A stretch of 64,000 nucleotides of DNA from Escherichia phage LHE287, in sequence record PP761450.1; one strand, 5' to 3'. Under the pieces are notes generated by a model, which saw only the letters and a program-made list of their open reading frames with translations, did no database searches and was not told the DNA's origin. The translations under genes were made by a program, and so were the position numbers. Below are positions 46,687 through 56,659 of the stretch, one piece after another (the stretch's first letter is position 1; every line of letters begins with the position of its first letter).

Positions 46687-49032
46687 TCAATCCTTCTTGA
46701 TAACTTCAGTCAGGCCGTTTCGCAGGCCGTAGCGAATATTGTGTTGGAAGTATTCCTGGAACTCCTGCTCACGCTGGCTGATGACAAACAGGTTGTTCCC
46801 ACCGAACTTATGCTTCAACATCTCAACCGATTCCTGCACCCCGCGCTCGCTCATGTTCTCAAGGATCTCGTCCAGAACGAACAGGTTACATTGTACAGAC
46901 GCCTTGAGGTTAGCCACATCGCGCAGAGCTAATGTCACCGCCAGATTCAGGCGGCTCCGCTGGCCAGTAGACAGGGAGAAGATACTCTGTCCTTTGCGGC
47001 CTGCTGCGCTCATGGTGATCTCAAAGGTATCGTCAACAACGATGTCCAAGAACATGTTGAGGGCTTCAAGATACTCGTTGATCTTGCTATTGAGGAATGG
47101 CAGATACAGGGCGATGATACGCGCCTTGGTCTGGTCATCTTTCAAGAAGAACAGCAGGTGCTGTAAGTCCTGGAGTTCCTCATCTGCATCTTCACGGAGT
47201 TCATACAGAGACTCCAGTTCACCTTCCAACGCAGCGATAGAGTTCTCTAGGTCGGTGGTAGGTGTTGGCTGTACAGCCAGTTTACGCTCCAGATCGGCAA
47301 TAGACGCCACGAGAGGAGCACGACGGGCTTTCAGCTCGGCGATCTTATCATCGACGGCTTTAATCCCGCTGACGGCGTTCTCTCGCGTCTGTTGCAGCGA
47401 CGCAGTGATGTCTTCAAAACGAACGTTCAGTGCCTTACGGATGTCAAGGATCTTCTGTTGGCATTCACGGTTCAGCGAATTACACTCAATCGTGGCGGCA
47501 TCATGAAAACCTTGAATATCACGGCGCAGCTGCTTGATGTTGTCAACGATTTCGTCGGCCTGCTTGCGCATTGCATCCAGTTCAGCATCTAACACAGCAA
47601 TGTCAGCAACCAACTTATCGTCCTGAGCCTTGTGATCATCGATCAGCACAGTGACTTCAGCGGTGACTTTGTCCAGTTGATCTAACTTCGACTGTAGTTC
47701 CTGGATCTGAGGATTGTACTCGCTTTCAATACGCGCCTTGGTATCGTCGGACACCAGTTGGGTACATGTTGGGCAAGTCCCCATATCGTGGAAGCGCTTG
47801 ATGGCCGACTGGTGGCCATCCATTTCGGTCTGGAACTTGATGCGGAAGTTCTCACCCTGTTGGCGACGCTGGATAGCAGCGTTCAGGGCGTCCAGATTTG
47901 TGTTGCGCTCGGTGAGCAGGGTGTTCTTGCGTTCGGCCACTGTAAAGGCGCGGTCACGCAAGACCTGAAGATCATGCTCCGCAGTAGACACTTCGATGCG
48001 CTCATAATCGTCAGCCTTGTCCTGCGCGGCGTCCTTCACCGCCTGGATCTTGGTATCAAAGTCTTTCTTGACAGCCTCGATCTCTACCATGGATTCATCA
48101 TGCAGGCGGCTTTCCACCGTCTTCATTTCCTGGGTGGCTTCAAACTCCACAGCCGTGAGGCGGGTGCGCTCTTCATTCTGGGCGGCGATGTCAGCGTCTA
48201 GGGAAGTCAGGGCTTCCTGTTGCTGTAGAAGGATATCGGCCGATTGCTGTCGGATCAGGGCGTTGGATTGCTCGATCTGCTGAAGCTGCGTCTTCTTGTT
48301 GGTGTGGTCAACAACCTTCAGTGCGCATTCGTTAGATATAGAGTCCAGAGTTGCATTTGTCCTTTTGATGGCGACCTTGACATCTTCGTTCATCAGGCTG
48401 AAGAAGCCCAAGTCCCAGATAGTCTCCACCATCGCGCGGCGGTCGGCTGTGTACATCTCCGTGAACGGAATGAACTTCTCTTTACCTAACACCAGAGAGT
48501 TCTCAAACATCTTCTGGTCCACGCCGATGAGGTTCACGATGTACTTGTTCATGTCGGCTTTGGCTGCTTCGTTATCGATCTGCAACCACTTGCCGTCCAC
48601 CATCTGGTAGACTTCAACAAAGTCGGGCTTGATACCCCGGCGAACCTTCCATTCGCTACCACGGCAGGCAAACTCCACCTCACCCACACATTCCTTGCGG
48701 CTCTGTGAGTTAACCAGGCCTGCCTTCTTCTCCTTCTTGCTGTATGTGTCGTTGTACAGTACGAAAAACAGCAGCCATACCAGCATCGTGGATTTACCCG
48801 CGCCGTTGTCATCAGACGTGACAAGGGTGGCCGGGTTGCGCTGATAATCAATCTCCATGAACTGATTGCCGATGGAGCGGAAGTTCTTGGCGCGGCCTTT
48901 GCGGAAGGTTAGTTTGTGTGTAACAACGTTACGCACTTCAAATGGGACTTCAACCTCGACCGGGGCGTCGGCTTCCTTCAAAAGATTACCAAATTTGGTC
49001 AAGATATCTGTGCTCTGAGTCATGTTATGCAT
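46687..49032 (-). CDS. 46: Rad50/SbcC-like recombination ATPase (gp46)
   Basis: 781 aa; Walker A DDNGAGKST; long central coiled-coil region with a CxxC zinc hook (GTCPTC); ABC-type C-terminus. Confidence 0.85.
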   Translation of the reverse strand: MHNMTQSTDILTKFGNLLKEADAPVEVEVPFEVRNVVTHKLTFRKGRAKNFRSIGNQFMEIDYQRNPATLVTSDDNGAGKSTMLVWLLFFVLYNDTYSKKEKKAGLVNSQSRKECVGEVEFACRGSEWKVRRGIKPDFVEVYQMVDGKWLQIDNEAAKADMNKYIVNLIGVDQKMFENSLVLGKEKFIPFTEMYTADRRAMVETIWDLGFFSLMNEDVKVAIKRTNATLDSISNECALKVVDHTNKKTQLQQIEQSNALIRQQSADILLQQQEALTSLDADIAAQNEERTRLTAVEFEATQEMKTVESRLHDESMVEIEAVKKDFDTKIQAVKDAAQDKADDYERIEVSTAEHDLQVLRDRAFTVAERKNTLLTERNTNLDALNAAIQRRQQGENFRIKFQTEMDGHQSAIKRFHDMGTCPTCTQLVSDDTKARIESEYNPQIQELQSKLDQLDKVTAEVTVLIDDHKAQDDKLVADIAVLDAELDAMRKQADEIVDNIKQLRRDIQGFHDAATIECNSLNRECQQKILDIRKALNVRFEDITASLQQTRENAVSGIKAVDDKIAELKARRAPLVASIADLERKLAVQPTPTTDLENSIAALEGELESLYELREDADEELQDLQHLLFFLKDDQTKARIIALYLPFLNSKINEYLEALNMFLDIVVDDTFEITMSAAGRKGQSIFSLSTGQRSRLNLAVTLALRDVANLKASVQCNLFVLDEILENMSERGVQESVEMLKHKFGGNNLFVISQREQEFQEYFQHNIRYGLRNGLTEVIKKD

Positions 49033-50140
49033 CCAGTTTGTTCAGGCGTTGTTGGGCAGCATTATAGAAGTGCTCTGCCAGTTTACAGACATTGTCGGGG
49101 CGCTGAATGTTGTTCCCGGCGCGGATATCCTTCTTCAGGACTTCCACCGCATCGGTCGCCACCATCTCTTCTGTGACCTCAACCTTCTCGGCAGCAACAG
49201 TAATCGTCCGGTCGATGAAGTTGTAGTCAATACACTTGCATCGCTTCATGGCATCACAGAACTTTTCATAATGCTTAGCATTGTCACGGTTCTGTACAAT
49301 AACCTTAACGATTTGCCCTTCAATACCCAAGCCTGTGTTCAACCATTCCGGGTCGATCCAATTACCTTCTTCATCAGAGGACAACTTGGTGTAATCATAT
49401 TCCACATAGCGGAACAGCGTCTGGTGCTCGGCGTTCGGGATAAAGATCTCACCACCACGCATGTCGTCCACATAGAAGCCACGGTTAGTGCCGTCTTTGT
49501 AGTCTTCCCAGTTCAGGTGATATGGAGTCCCAATATATTGAATGTTACCTTCCATCGAACGGGTATGGAAATGACCCGTGTCGACTCTGGTAAACTTGGA
49601 AAGCAGAGCAACGTCGATCTGACCGTGATCACAAGTAGAAGACTGGTACATTTTGAACCCCGCCAGCTCCAGATGCGCAAAACAGTACTCGGCGTCTGTA
49701 TCTTGTATCGCTTTAATAGACGCATCATAGTTCTCCTTGTTGATCCAAGGCAGCAGTAGAGTCTTGACACCCTCGATCATCACTTCGGTCGGTTCGCTGT
49801 AATAGCAGTACACATCCGGGTCGAGTTCGTTCAGGTAGGATGGCCAGTTGATGCGGTTGGACTCTTCCAGGGTGATGTCATGGTTGCCCACGATACCATT
49901 CCACTTGATACCAGCCGCTTTCAACGCAGGGGTGAGTTCATCCTTCAGCCAGTCTTTGTCACGACCGTACATGAATTTGCGGACATCAAACGTATCACCG
50001 AACTGCCAGACCTCTTTGATATCAGAGTCGGCAAGTTCAGGAATGAAATAATTGATGAGATAGTTCTTGATGAAGTCGCGAACGTATCGAGAACCATTAC
50101 GGCTCCCGATATGCAGATCACCAATTTTAGCAATCGCCAT
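49025..50140 (-). CDS. 47: Mre11/SbcD-like nuclease (gp47)
   Basis: Phosphoesterase motifs GDLH, GDTFD, GNHD; 8-nt overlap with the gp46 start. Confidence 0.85.
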   Translation of the reverse strand: MAIAKIGDLHIGSRNGSRYVRDFIKNYLINYFIPELADSDIKEVWQFGDTFDVRKFMYGRDKDWLKDELTPALKAAGIKWNGIVGNHDITLEESNRINWPSYLNELDPDVYCYYSEPTEVMIEGVKTLLLPWINKENYDASIKAIQDTDAEYCFAHLELAGFKMYQSSTCDHGQIDVALLSKFTRVDTGHFHTRSMEGNIQYIGTPYHLNWEDYKDGTNRGFYVDDMRGGEIFIPNAEHQTLFRYVEYDYTKLSSDEEGNWIDPEWLNTGLGIEGQIVKVIVQNRDNAKHYEKFCDAMKRCKCIDYNFIDRTITVAAEKVEVTEEMVATDAVEVLKKDIRAGNNIQRPDNVCKLAEHFYNAAQQRLNKLDA

Positions 50141-50868
50141 TATTCTGTTTCTCCTTCGGTTTCGTCTAGGCCGAATTGGGTATTGCCGAAGTCCTGATCT
50201 AAATTTTCTTCGACCTGCGCTGGTGTCGTATTCTTAGCCTGCGCCATGTATTGAAGTATGCCTTTCGCAATCTTTTTATTCGATTCTGCGAGACGAGCTG
50301 CTTCCACCTTCTCTCGTTCCTTCTGCCTTTGAGCGTCCTTTTTGTTCTCAAAGTTACCGATACGTTCACGGAAGTCCATGCCAATTCCTGTAGCATCAAC
50401 AAAGATCTCTTGTTGGAAGTCGGGATCGTCTGCCAGGCCTGAGAACCCACCCGCCTCTTCAAATGAGCGCAATTTAATGTACGTGTGCTCTTCTTCGATG
50501 TTCAGTTTACGGGCAAATGAGCGATCAGCACACATGGTCACCCAAGAGAAGAAGTTGATCTTCCCTTTCTTTCCAATGTGTTCGACGTCAAATGTGTGGA
50601 GGTAGCGCAGGATGTTGACTATTGCTTCAGAGACCATGTCTTCACGGAAGGGATAGTCGCGATAGTTGTAGCGGGTACTCATCTTGGTGATGATGCGCTG
50701 GACCTGCAGAGCAACATAGTTGGGGATCTTTGGAAGCCTGGTGCCTTCAGCCAGAGCCTTCTTACGAGCAGGGATCCAATCACGAAGGATACTGATGACA
50801 CGCTCGTTATCTTCGTCTGTGAAATATTTGACGACATTCTCCCCTCTGTCCACGAAGTTCATTCCCAT
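50140..50868 (-). CDS. 55: Late-transcription sigma factor gp55-like
   Basis: Central region (EAIVNILRYLHTFD...FFSWVTMCADRSFARK) resembles T4 gp55 (IEASIKGLHNFD...YITQACFNAFVQRIKK); occurrence of TATAAATA late promoters supports this. Confidence 0.55.
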   Translation of the reverse strand: MGMNFVDRGENVVKYFTDEDNERVISILRDWIPARKKALAEGTRLPKIPNYVALQVQRIITKMSTRYNYRDYPFREDMVSEAIVNILRYLHTFDVEHIGKKGKINFFSWVTMCADRSFARKLNIEEEHTYIKLRSFEEAGGFSGLADDPDFQQEIFVDATGIGMDFRERIGNFENKKDAQRQKEREKVEAARLAESNKKIAKGILQYMAQAKNTTPAQVEENLDQDFGNTQFGLDETEGETE

Positions 50869-50879
50869 TGTGATAGCCC

Positions 50880-51407
50880 TCAGATACCGATAAATTCATC
50901 AAAAGATCCAACAACCTTCTTCACCGAGATCTTGTCATTCTCAATCAGGAAGTTGCTGTCGTTTTTGGCTGCTGTAGCCCAGTCATCGGCAAGTTCGTTG
51001 CCTTCGTGTCCCGCATGACCCTTAACCCATTTTAGTTCAACATCACAAATTGAACAAACGAGATCATAGATTCTGAACAGATCTTTGATGAGTTCAACGT
51101 TCTTTTCTGGGAAACCCTGATACTCCCACTTCGTTCGCCATTCGGTGACACTCTTGATGGCATATTGGCTGTCAGACCAAATTGTTGCCTTTGGTATTCT
51201 GCGCTCACCCTTTCCTGAGAATGCCCACAGTAGCTTCAATGCGTTGGTCACACCCAACAACTCGGCGATATTGTTAGTGGAAGGGGGAGGTAGATGGCCG
51301 AAGAACACCTTCCATTGCATACCAGTTATTGGCCTGATGACAAATGCCCAGCCTGCGGCCTGGTTGGTCTTCGGGTTAGAACCCCCGTCAGAATAAATTT
51401 CTATCAT
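50880..51407 (-). CDS. rnh: Ribonuclease H (RNase HI type)
   Basis: MIEIYSDGGS N-terminus as in RNase HI (VEIFTDGSC); conserved DEDD-type carboxylates; ATG at 51407. Confidence 0.75.
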   Translation of the reverse strand: MIEIYSDGGSNPKTNQAAGWAFVIRPITGMQWKVFFGHLPPPSTNNIAELLGVTNALKLLWAFSGKGERRIPKATIWSDSQYAIKSVTEWRTKWEYQGFPEKNVELIKDLFRIYDLVCSICDVELKWVKGHAGHEGNELADDWATAAKNDSNFLIENDKISVKKVVGSFDEFIGI

Positions 51408-51409
51408 GA

Positions 51410-51417
51410 TATAAATA
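51410..51417 (+). promoter_or_regulatory. T4-type late promoter TATAAATA
   Basis: Exact TATAAATA 36 bp upstream of the ATG at 51453, followed by AGAGGAA RBS. Confidence 0.5.
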
Positions 51418-51452
51418 TCCCAAACTGGTTTTATAGAAAGAGGAATGAAACT

Positions 51453-52220
51453 ATGGCACCCCGCGCATATCGTTTCAGTCTCACCGCCCCGCAGATTGAG
51501 CAATTGCTCCTCTCTATCTATGATGCTATCAAGTCAGAAGATATCATCTATGATTATGCTGCAGGTGGGACTGCTGGACAAGTCGCAGCAGCGTCTGCTG
51601 TCAAGAACATGTGGTTGAAGCTCAACGAGATGGTGACAGGCCAAGGTCTCAAAGATGCCATCAACGATGCAGAAGACAGCAACGTGTTCACCGACTATTA
51701 TAAGTCTTTACTGGATCGCGAAGGTTGGAAATTTATTGGATCTCCAGCAGATGAACTTCAGCGAGGCGACATCGATACCTCGAACTTCACAGGTGGTGAG
51801 GTCATTCTACTTCAGAAGAACGCTTCAGGCAACCCGGAATTCCAATACTGGAAGCGAACCCCTGTTGCTGGGGGTGATCCTACCTTTGCATGGGCTTCGG
51901 TCTATGAAGGGAACTCCAATGATTCCAGCATAGAGATTCCCGTGGTTGGTACCAGCGTACTCAAGGACATCCCCAAGGCACTCTTCCATATGATCGAGTT
52001 CAGAGTGCATGTCTACGACGAGACACTGGGTCATTGGCAAGACACAGACGGGAAGGTAGGGTATCGTGGCGAGGATTTGATCTACAGTGTCTACAACCAT
52101 ATTCAGACCAAACCTCTCGCCACCATTGACTTCAGCCAAGATACGGACAATATGACGGTTTCTGTGACGTCGTTGGAACCGAATGTCAAGTGCCATCTGT
52201 CCTTCGTTGCGGGTTACTAA
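51453..52220 (+). CDS. Late protein of unknown function (255 aa), probably structural
   Basis: ATG at 51453 with RBS directly downstream of a late promoter; the track ORF from 51294 overlaps rnh. Confidence 0.55.
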   Translation: MAPRAYRFSLTAPQIEQLLLSIYDAIKSEDIIYDYAAGGTAGQVAAASAVKNMWLKLNEMVTGQGLKDAINDAEDSNVFTDYYKSLLDREGWKFIGSPADELQRGDIDTSNFTGGEVILLQKNASGNPEFQYWKRTPVAGGDPTFAWASVYEGNSNDSSIEIPVVGTSVLKDIPKALFHMIEFRVHVYDETLGHWQDTDGKVGYRGEDLIYSVYNHIQTKPLATIDFSQDTDNMTVSVTSLEPNVKCHLSFVAGY

Positions 52221-53935
52221 ACCTCAAACACGGCATCAGTGAACCAAGCGGGGAAGAACTCTGGGTTGCGCATCATCAGTGATTCAAAAGAAGAATCAAG
52301 GATGTACGTCGCAGCCCAGTCATTCACGCCCCTGACCGAACGCCCACACATCTGAACGATACGCAGTACCGCCATCCTGAAGTACGCCGATGGGTCCACA
52401 CTGTTGACGTGGGCCACCAGAGGATCACCAAGGTAATCGTATGGCACCTTGATCAAGATCTGAAATCGACTATAATCGCCTTTGAAGTCATACCCCTCTT
52501 CCATGGCCGGACTGGCGATGACACAAGGCGTCTTCGTCCTGAACGCGTGTTCCATGATGTCCATCAGAGCCTTACGAGTACGAGGAACGTGAATCATATT
52601 CCGGTACTTACTGAACTTTTGTAGAGCCAGGGCGCGGTCATAACTGACTGTGTGAATGATGCCAGACTGCCCAGGGTGGAACGCGATAATTTCATCCACG
52701 TATTCAGCCAGCTTCTTCATCTCGTAGTCGCCCATGTTCGCTGTCATCTTCATGATGGGCATGTAGTTGACTTTCCGGTTCTCAATCGGGATAGGGTTGC
52801 CGATCTGTATCTTGTGGTACTCACCCTCGCGGATACCCAGTGACCGGGCGTACGAGTCAATCCCACAAATGGTAGCCGACATGTGGACGTGGTAGTCACC
52901 CTTGCGGAACAGGCCGAACTGGGATACATCAGAGGCGATGACAGGCTTGAACTGAATCATACCCTTGTCCTTCTCCTGTACGATGAAAGTGCTGGCGTTG
53001 GTCTGCCCCATGATACCACAGTAGTCGCTGAGGTTGTGAAGATTATCAATAATATCAGACAGCTTCATCACCTGGGCTTCAGTCAGGCGCTCATCCTCTA
53101 CCAGTTCCTCAAGAGTTTCCAACAGGGCTTCAACCTTGCCGTGTAGTTCATCAAATATCGCATGCATCTCACCAGACAGGGAATACAGCTTGCCCAATTC
53201 ATAGTTCTCTGTGCGGGTGATGATATCCTTGATGGTCTCCACGATAGGCACTCCCTCGGGGATCGTAAGCAACCCTTCCACAGCCTTTATGTTGTATTCC
53301 ATGATCGTGTGCTCTAGGAGCGTAGAGGGCATTTTATGACACTCGTCAAGGATCAGCATATCGGCACGGTTTTCCGGCTTCATACAAATCGTCGTACACA
53401 TCTCCACCATCATGGCGGCGTTGGTGCAGCGCAGGGAGGAGACGTCGGTCCACTGTCGACGCGCCTGAACATATGGGCAACGATTCTTACTACAGTGGCC
53501 ATCACGGCATGCCATACGGCACTGAATGGCGTTGTAGTATAGGTCGGGACTGATGTGGCAACGGTAGTTCTTCTTGCCCTTCAGGATGTCTATCGCCACG
53601 GCTTTCTCTGCTGCATACTGATCCTGTAAACCTTTGGTCGGCGTCGTGATAGACGTGCGGAACTGACCATACGGGTTGTGCTCAAGAACCAAATGGCGAA
53701 GCACGTTATGGATGGTAGTGCCGATGAGGGATTTACCTACACCAGTCGGAGCCTCGATGATCACGTGTTTGAATTTCTTATTCACAAGGGCATCAATGGC
53801 TTCAACGATGCATTCCATCTGGCCGGGGTTGGCGGTGTCATACGGGAAGAACTCAGTGGCAAGAGACTTGATGCGGTCTATGCTGACTGGTCCGACGCCG
53901 TCAAGCGCCTTGGTATATTGGTTGAATGCTGTCAC
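52217..53935 (-). CDS. DinG/XPD (Rad3)-family Fe-S helicase
   Basis: Walker A APTGVGKS, DEAH-like LILDECHK, four-Cys cluster between helicase motifs (CHISPD...CRMACRDGHC...CPYVQ), C-terminal MCGRSVRG; strong RBS AGGAGGAAG before GTG start. Confidence 0.75.
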   Translation of the reverse strand: MTAFNQYTKALDGVGPVSIDRIKSLATEFFPYDTANPGQMECIVEAIDALVNKKFKHVIIEAPTGVGKSLIGTTIHNVLRHLVLEHNPYGQFRTSITTPTKGLQDQYAAEKAVAIDILKGKKNYRCHISPDLYYNAIQCRMACRDGHCSKNRCPYVQARRQWTDVSSLRCTNAAMMVEMCTTICMKPENRADMLILDECHKMPSTLLEHTIMEYNIKAVEGLLTIPEGVPIVETIKDIITRTENYELGKLYSLSGEMHAIFDELHGKVEALLETLEELVEDERLTEAQVMKLSDIIDNLHNLSDYCGIMGQTNASTFIVQEKDKGMIQFKPVIASDVSQFGLFRKGDYHVHMSATICGIDSYARSLGIREGEYHKIQIGNPIPIENRKVNYMPIMKMTANMGDYEMKKLAEYVDEIIAFHPGQSGIIHTVSYDRALALQKFSKYRNMIHVPRTRKALMDIMEHAFRTKTPCVIASPAMEEGYDFKGDYSRFQILIKVPYDYLGDPLVAHVNSVDPSAYFRMAVLRIVQMCGRSVRGVNDWAATYILDSSFESLMMRNPEFFPAWFTDAVFEV

Positions 53936-53990
53936 TTTCTTCCTCCTATGGGATTCGCCTATAGTTTACCCGATCCCCAAGAACGAAAAA

Positions 53991-54014
53991 GCCGGAGTAC
54001 AATGCTCCGGCTTT
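53991..54014. terminator. Bidirectional terminator hairpin
   Basis: GCCGGAG-TACAATG-CTCCGGC flanked by A-run and T-run. Confidence 0.55.
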
Positions 54015-54063
54015 CTCTTTGCCATGCCCTGTAATGCAGAGCCTGGCCGCGCGTCAGATAGAA

Positions 54064-54342
54064 TTACTTGCCGTTGGCAGCGTTCTTCAGACCTTCGCCC
54101 ACTTTGAATTTCACAACGTTTTTCGCCGCGATCTGAATGGTCTGGCCGTTCAGAGGGTTGCGACCTTCACGCGCTTCTTGGTGTTTAACTTCGAACGCAC
54201 CGAAGCCAACCAGCTGTACAGATGCGCCTGCAGCAACTGCAGTTTTAACACCGTCGATAAAGGATGCCACTACTTTCTCCGCTTCGCCTTTGGTGATATT
54301 CTGGGTCGAAGCAATGTGGGCAACAAATTCAGTACGATTCAT
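54064..54342 (-). CDS. HU/IHF-family DNA-binding protein
   Basis: 92 aa; HU fold signature (GFGAFEV...REGRNPLNGQTIQIAAKNVVKFKVG). Confidence 0.85.
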   Translation of the reverse strand: MNRTEFVAHIASTQNITKGEAEKVVASFIDGVKTAVAAGASVQLVGFGAFEVKHQEAREGRNPLNGQTIQIAAKNVVKFKVGEGLKNAANGK

Positions 54343-54432
54343 CTGGATTTCTCCGTTGGATTAATGTTTACTTTCATGTTCACTACAAGAGGACTACATC
54401 TTACCTAACAAAACATATTGAATAAAGCGAAA

Positions 54433-54717
54433 TTATTGGGTGTTTCCTTTAGAGATGAATGATTCCATGTCTGTCCGGGAAATAATCGTTTCTACACGAT
54501 CTTCATCGATCAACATTTCGTTCAGAAGATCGTACCCCAGGACTTGTACATCACGCACACCACAAGATCGTTTGTTCAGTTCTGCCTCAACATTGAGAAC
54601 CCGCTGAACCGTCAGGCCACCAGAGGAGAACGGTACTGGATAGAAAGCAGAACACACTTGCGTGCTCCCATTTACGCTGTAACGAACCAGCAAGACATCA
54701 CACCATACACCAGCCAT
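54433..54717 (-). CDS. Hypothetical protein
   Basis: 94-aa ORF. Confidence 0.4.
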   Translation of the reverse strand: MAGVWCDVLLVRYSVNGSTQVCSAFYPVPFSSGGLTVQRVLNVEAELNKRSCGVRDVQVLGYDLLNEMLIDEDRVETIISRTDMESFISKGNTQ

Positions 54718-54718
54718 A

Positions 54719-55381
54719 TTACACCTCCACCGCGTGAGACTTCAGGAGTTCATCAATCTCTTTCTGTCCCATGTATGAGAACGGGGTGCGCTGGTAGAAC
54801 GCCCAGAGTACTAACTGGACAACAGCACGGGAACGGGTTTCGGCCGTCATCACCAGGCCACTGAAATGAGGAGACTCAGCTGTCCATTGTATCTCTTCGC
54901 CCAGGTCTTGATTACAGGTCACCGAGATGCGGAACTTGTTGCACAGATTGTCGACTTCTTTGTACGCATCGGTAGACACACGAAGTTGTTCCGCATGCGC
55001 CCACGGAGTTGTGACGATTCTTTCACCCATCACTTTATCAGAGATAAACCAATCAATACATTCGGTAAACTCACTAAAATGGTCGATACGATAAATGCAG
55101 TCTCCCCCTTCCATAGAACGCATGGCATGATAGCGAGCGTCGATTTCGTTGTTGTGCATCGCGTTGAAGTCGATGAACACGCGACGCGCCAGCACAACAT
55201 CTTCTGGTTGAAGTGCCAAGAAATCGTTCAGGCGGCTATAATGGAGGATATTGGAACCGTCGTGGCCACGTGTGCAATATGCGTAATAGCTACCGATACG
55301 GGCGTGGGCAATATAAGACAACGGGGCGAAGAATAATCCGTCAGGATCAGGACCGACGATAATAGAATAAAGTTTTTCCAT
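54719..55381 (-). CDS. Hypothetical protein (220 aa)
   Basis: ATG at 55381 in the recurring CTATATCATG context; track start (55396) is TTG. Confidence 0.5.
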   Translation of the reverse strand: MEKLYSIIVGPDPDGLFFAPLSYIAHARIGSYYAYCTRGHDGSNILHYSRLNDFLALQPEDVVLARRVFIDFNAMHNNEIDARYHAMRSMEGGDCIYRIDHFSEFTECIDWFISDKVMGERIVTTPWAHAEQLRVSTDAYKEVDNLCNKFRISVTCNQDLGEEIQWTAESPHFSGLVMTAETRSRAVVQLVLWAFYQRTPFSYMGQKEIDELLKSHAVEV

Positions 55382-55437
55382 GATATAGTCACTCAAATGA
55401 AAGGGCAGCTTTATGATAAGCCGCCCGAGGTTATTGA

Positions 55438-56292
55438 TTATTGGAAATCGCCAACATACATGTTCAGCTTGTCGTCCCAGTTCAGAACGACACGGATCGT
55501 TCCGGTATCTTCTGGGAAGGTCAGTCTGTCACACATGGCGCGATTAACATAAGTCCCGCTCTGGTTGACGTTGTAGTCCTTGCCTTGCATGATACCAAAA
55601 CGCTTGAAGTCGCGAGTGACCATCATGTTCAGAGTTGTCCAAGGGATTGCATCGCGCAGGGCTTTGCACAGGATGATCTTACCATCCGACCTGAACGACA
55701 CAAACAGCTCGTTGGCGATACGACGGCGAGTAGGCGGTTCAAGTTCACGCAGGGAAATGAATTGTGAATTCTTTACCTTTTCTGCCAGCGTCTGTACTTC
55801 TGCTGGATCCGGCTTGAACGACTCCACTGAAGAGTCAGACTTCATCACAACGTCACCCTTGCGCTTCTCAACCAATTGCTCCACAGCCTTTTGACTGTAT
55901 TTGGACTTAGGAACAACCGCTGGCTTGATGACAGGGCTTGCATCTGGTTTCGCCTTTGGGGTACTCCGAGCCGCACGCAGCTTTTCCTGGGCTTCCAGAA
56001 TGCGCTCTTGACGAGAAAGCGGAGCCTTTGGGGTGATCTTCGTACTGAAGTCAGAAACGCCGACCCAGTCACCCTGGTCATTACGCTTGGCGACCAGAGT
56101 CAGTTTGTGGATGATACCCTGAAGTTTGCTCTCACGTAAGTTGTCGGCATACCAGAACTTCGCGCCCATCTCGAACTTCTCGGCGAAGATCACGCGAGCG
56201 TCTTCGTGTACCAACATAACTTTGGCTGCGTTGGGGGCAAAAGCCTTATTCTTTTCGATAATCGCCGCAGCGATTGTTTTGGTCAGGAGCAT
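55438..56292 (-). CDS. Hypothetical protein (284 aa) with Lys/Pro-rich linker
   Basis: ATG at 56292; track start (56376) is TTG and overlaps the upstream lipoprotein gene. Confidence 0.5.
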   Translation of the reverse strand: MLLTKTIAAAIIEKNKAFAPNAAKVMLVHEDARVIFAEKFEMGAKFWYADNLRESKLQGIIHKLTLVAKRNDQGDWVGVSDFSTKITPKAPLSRQERILEAQEKLRAARSTPKAKPDASPVIKPAVVPKSKYSQKAVEQLVEKRKGDVVMKSDSSVESFKPDPAEVQTLAEKVKNSQFISLRELEPPTRRRIANELFVSFRSDGKIILCKALRDAIPWTTLNMMVTRDFKRFGIMQGKDYNVNQSGTYVNRAMCDRLTFPEDTGTIRVVLNWDDKLNMYVGDFQ

Positions 56293-56332
56293 CACAGTGT
56301 ATTCCTTCAGTTCACAATGTAGGGCTAAAATT

Positions 56333-56659
56333 TTAACCCGAAACTTTATTTTGAAATCCGACAAAGTCCTGGGCAATCCCCCGGCAATACATCAGGTCTT
56401 TCTTCGTTTGTGGACTGTTATCAGCCGCAGTCAGCATCATGGGAAGATCCAGCGCATTCTCTATCTGATCAACACTGAACAGATCAAGGCGCTTCAGCTC
56501 TCCCTCGAAGTCAGACAGTAGGATAGATGTGTCTTTGTCATCTGGGTGGAACTGCTGATACGTCTCCATCCATGCCACACATGTGTTCAGTTTGGACGGT
56601 GGTGCGGCGTTTACACACCCGGCTATCAGTACCAACAAGAGCAGGATTTTACATTTCAT
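56333..56659 (-). CDS. Predicted lipoprotein
   Basis: Signal peptide with lipobox LIAGC (MKCKILLLLVLIAGC). Confidence 0.55.
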   Translation of the reverse strand: MKCKILLLLVLIAGCVNAAPPSKLNTCVAWMETYQQFHPDDKDTSILLSDFEGELKRLDLFSVDQIENALDLPMMLTAADNSPQTKKDLMYCRGIAQDFVGFQNKVSG

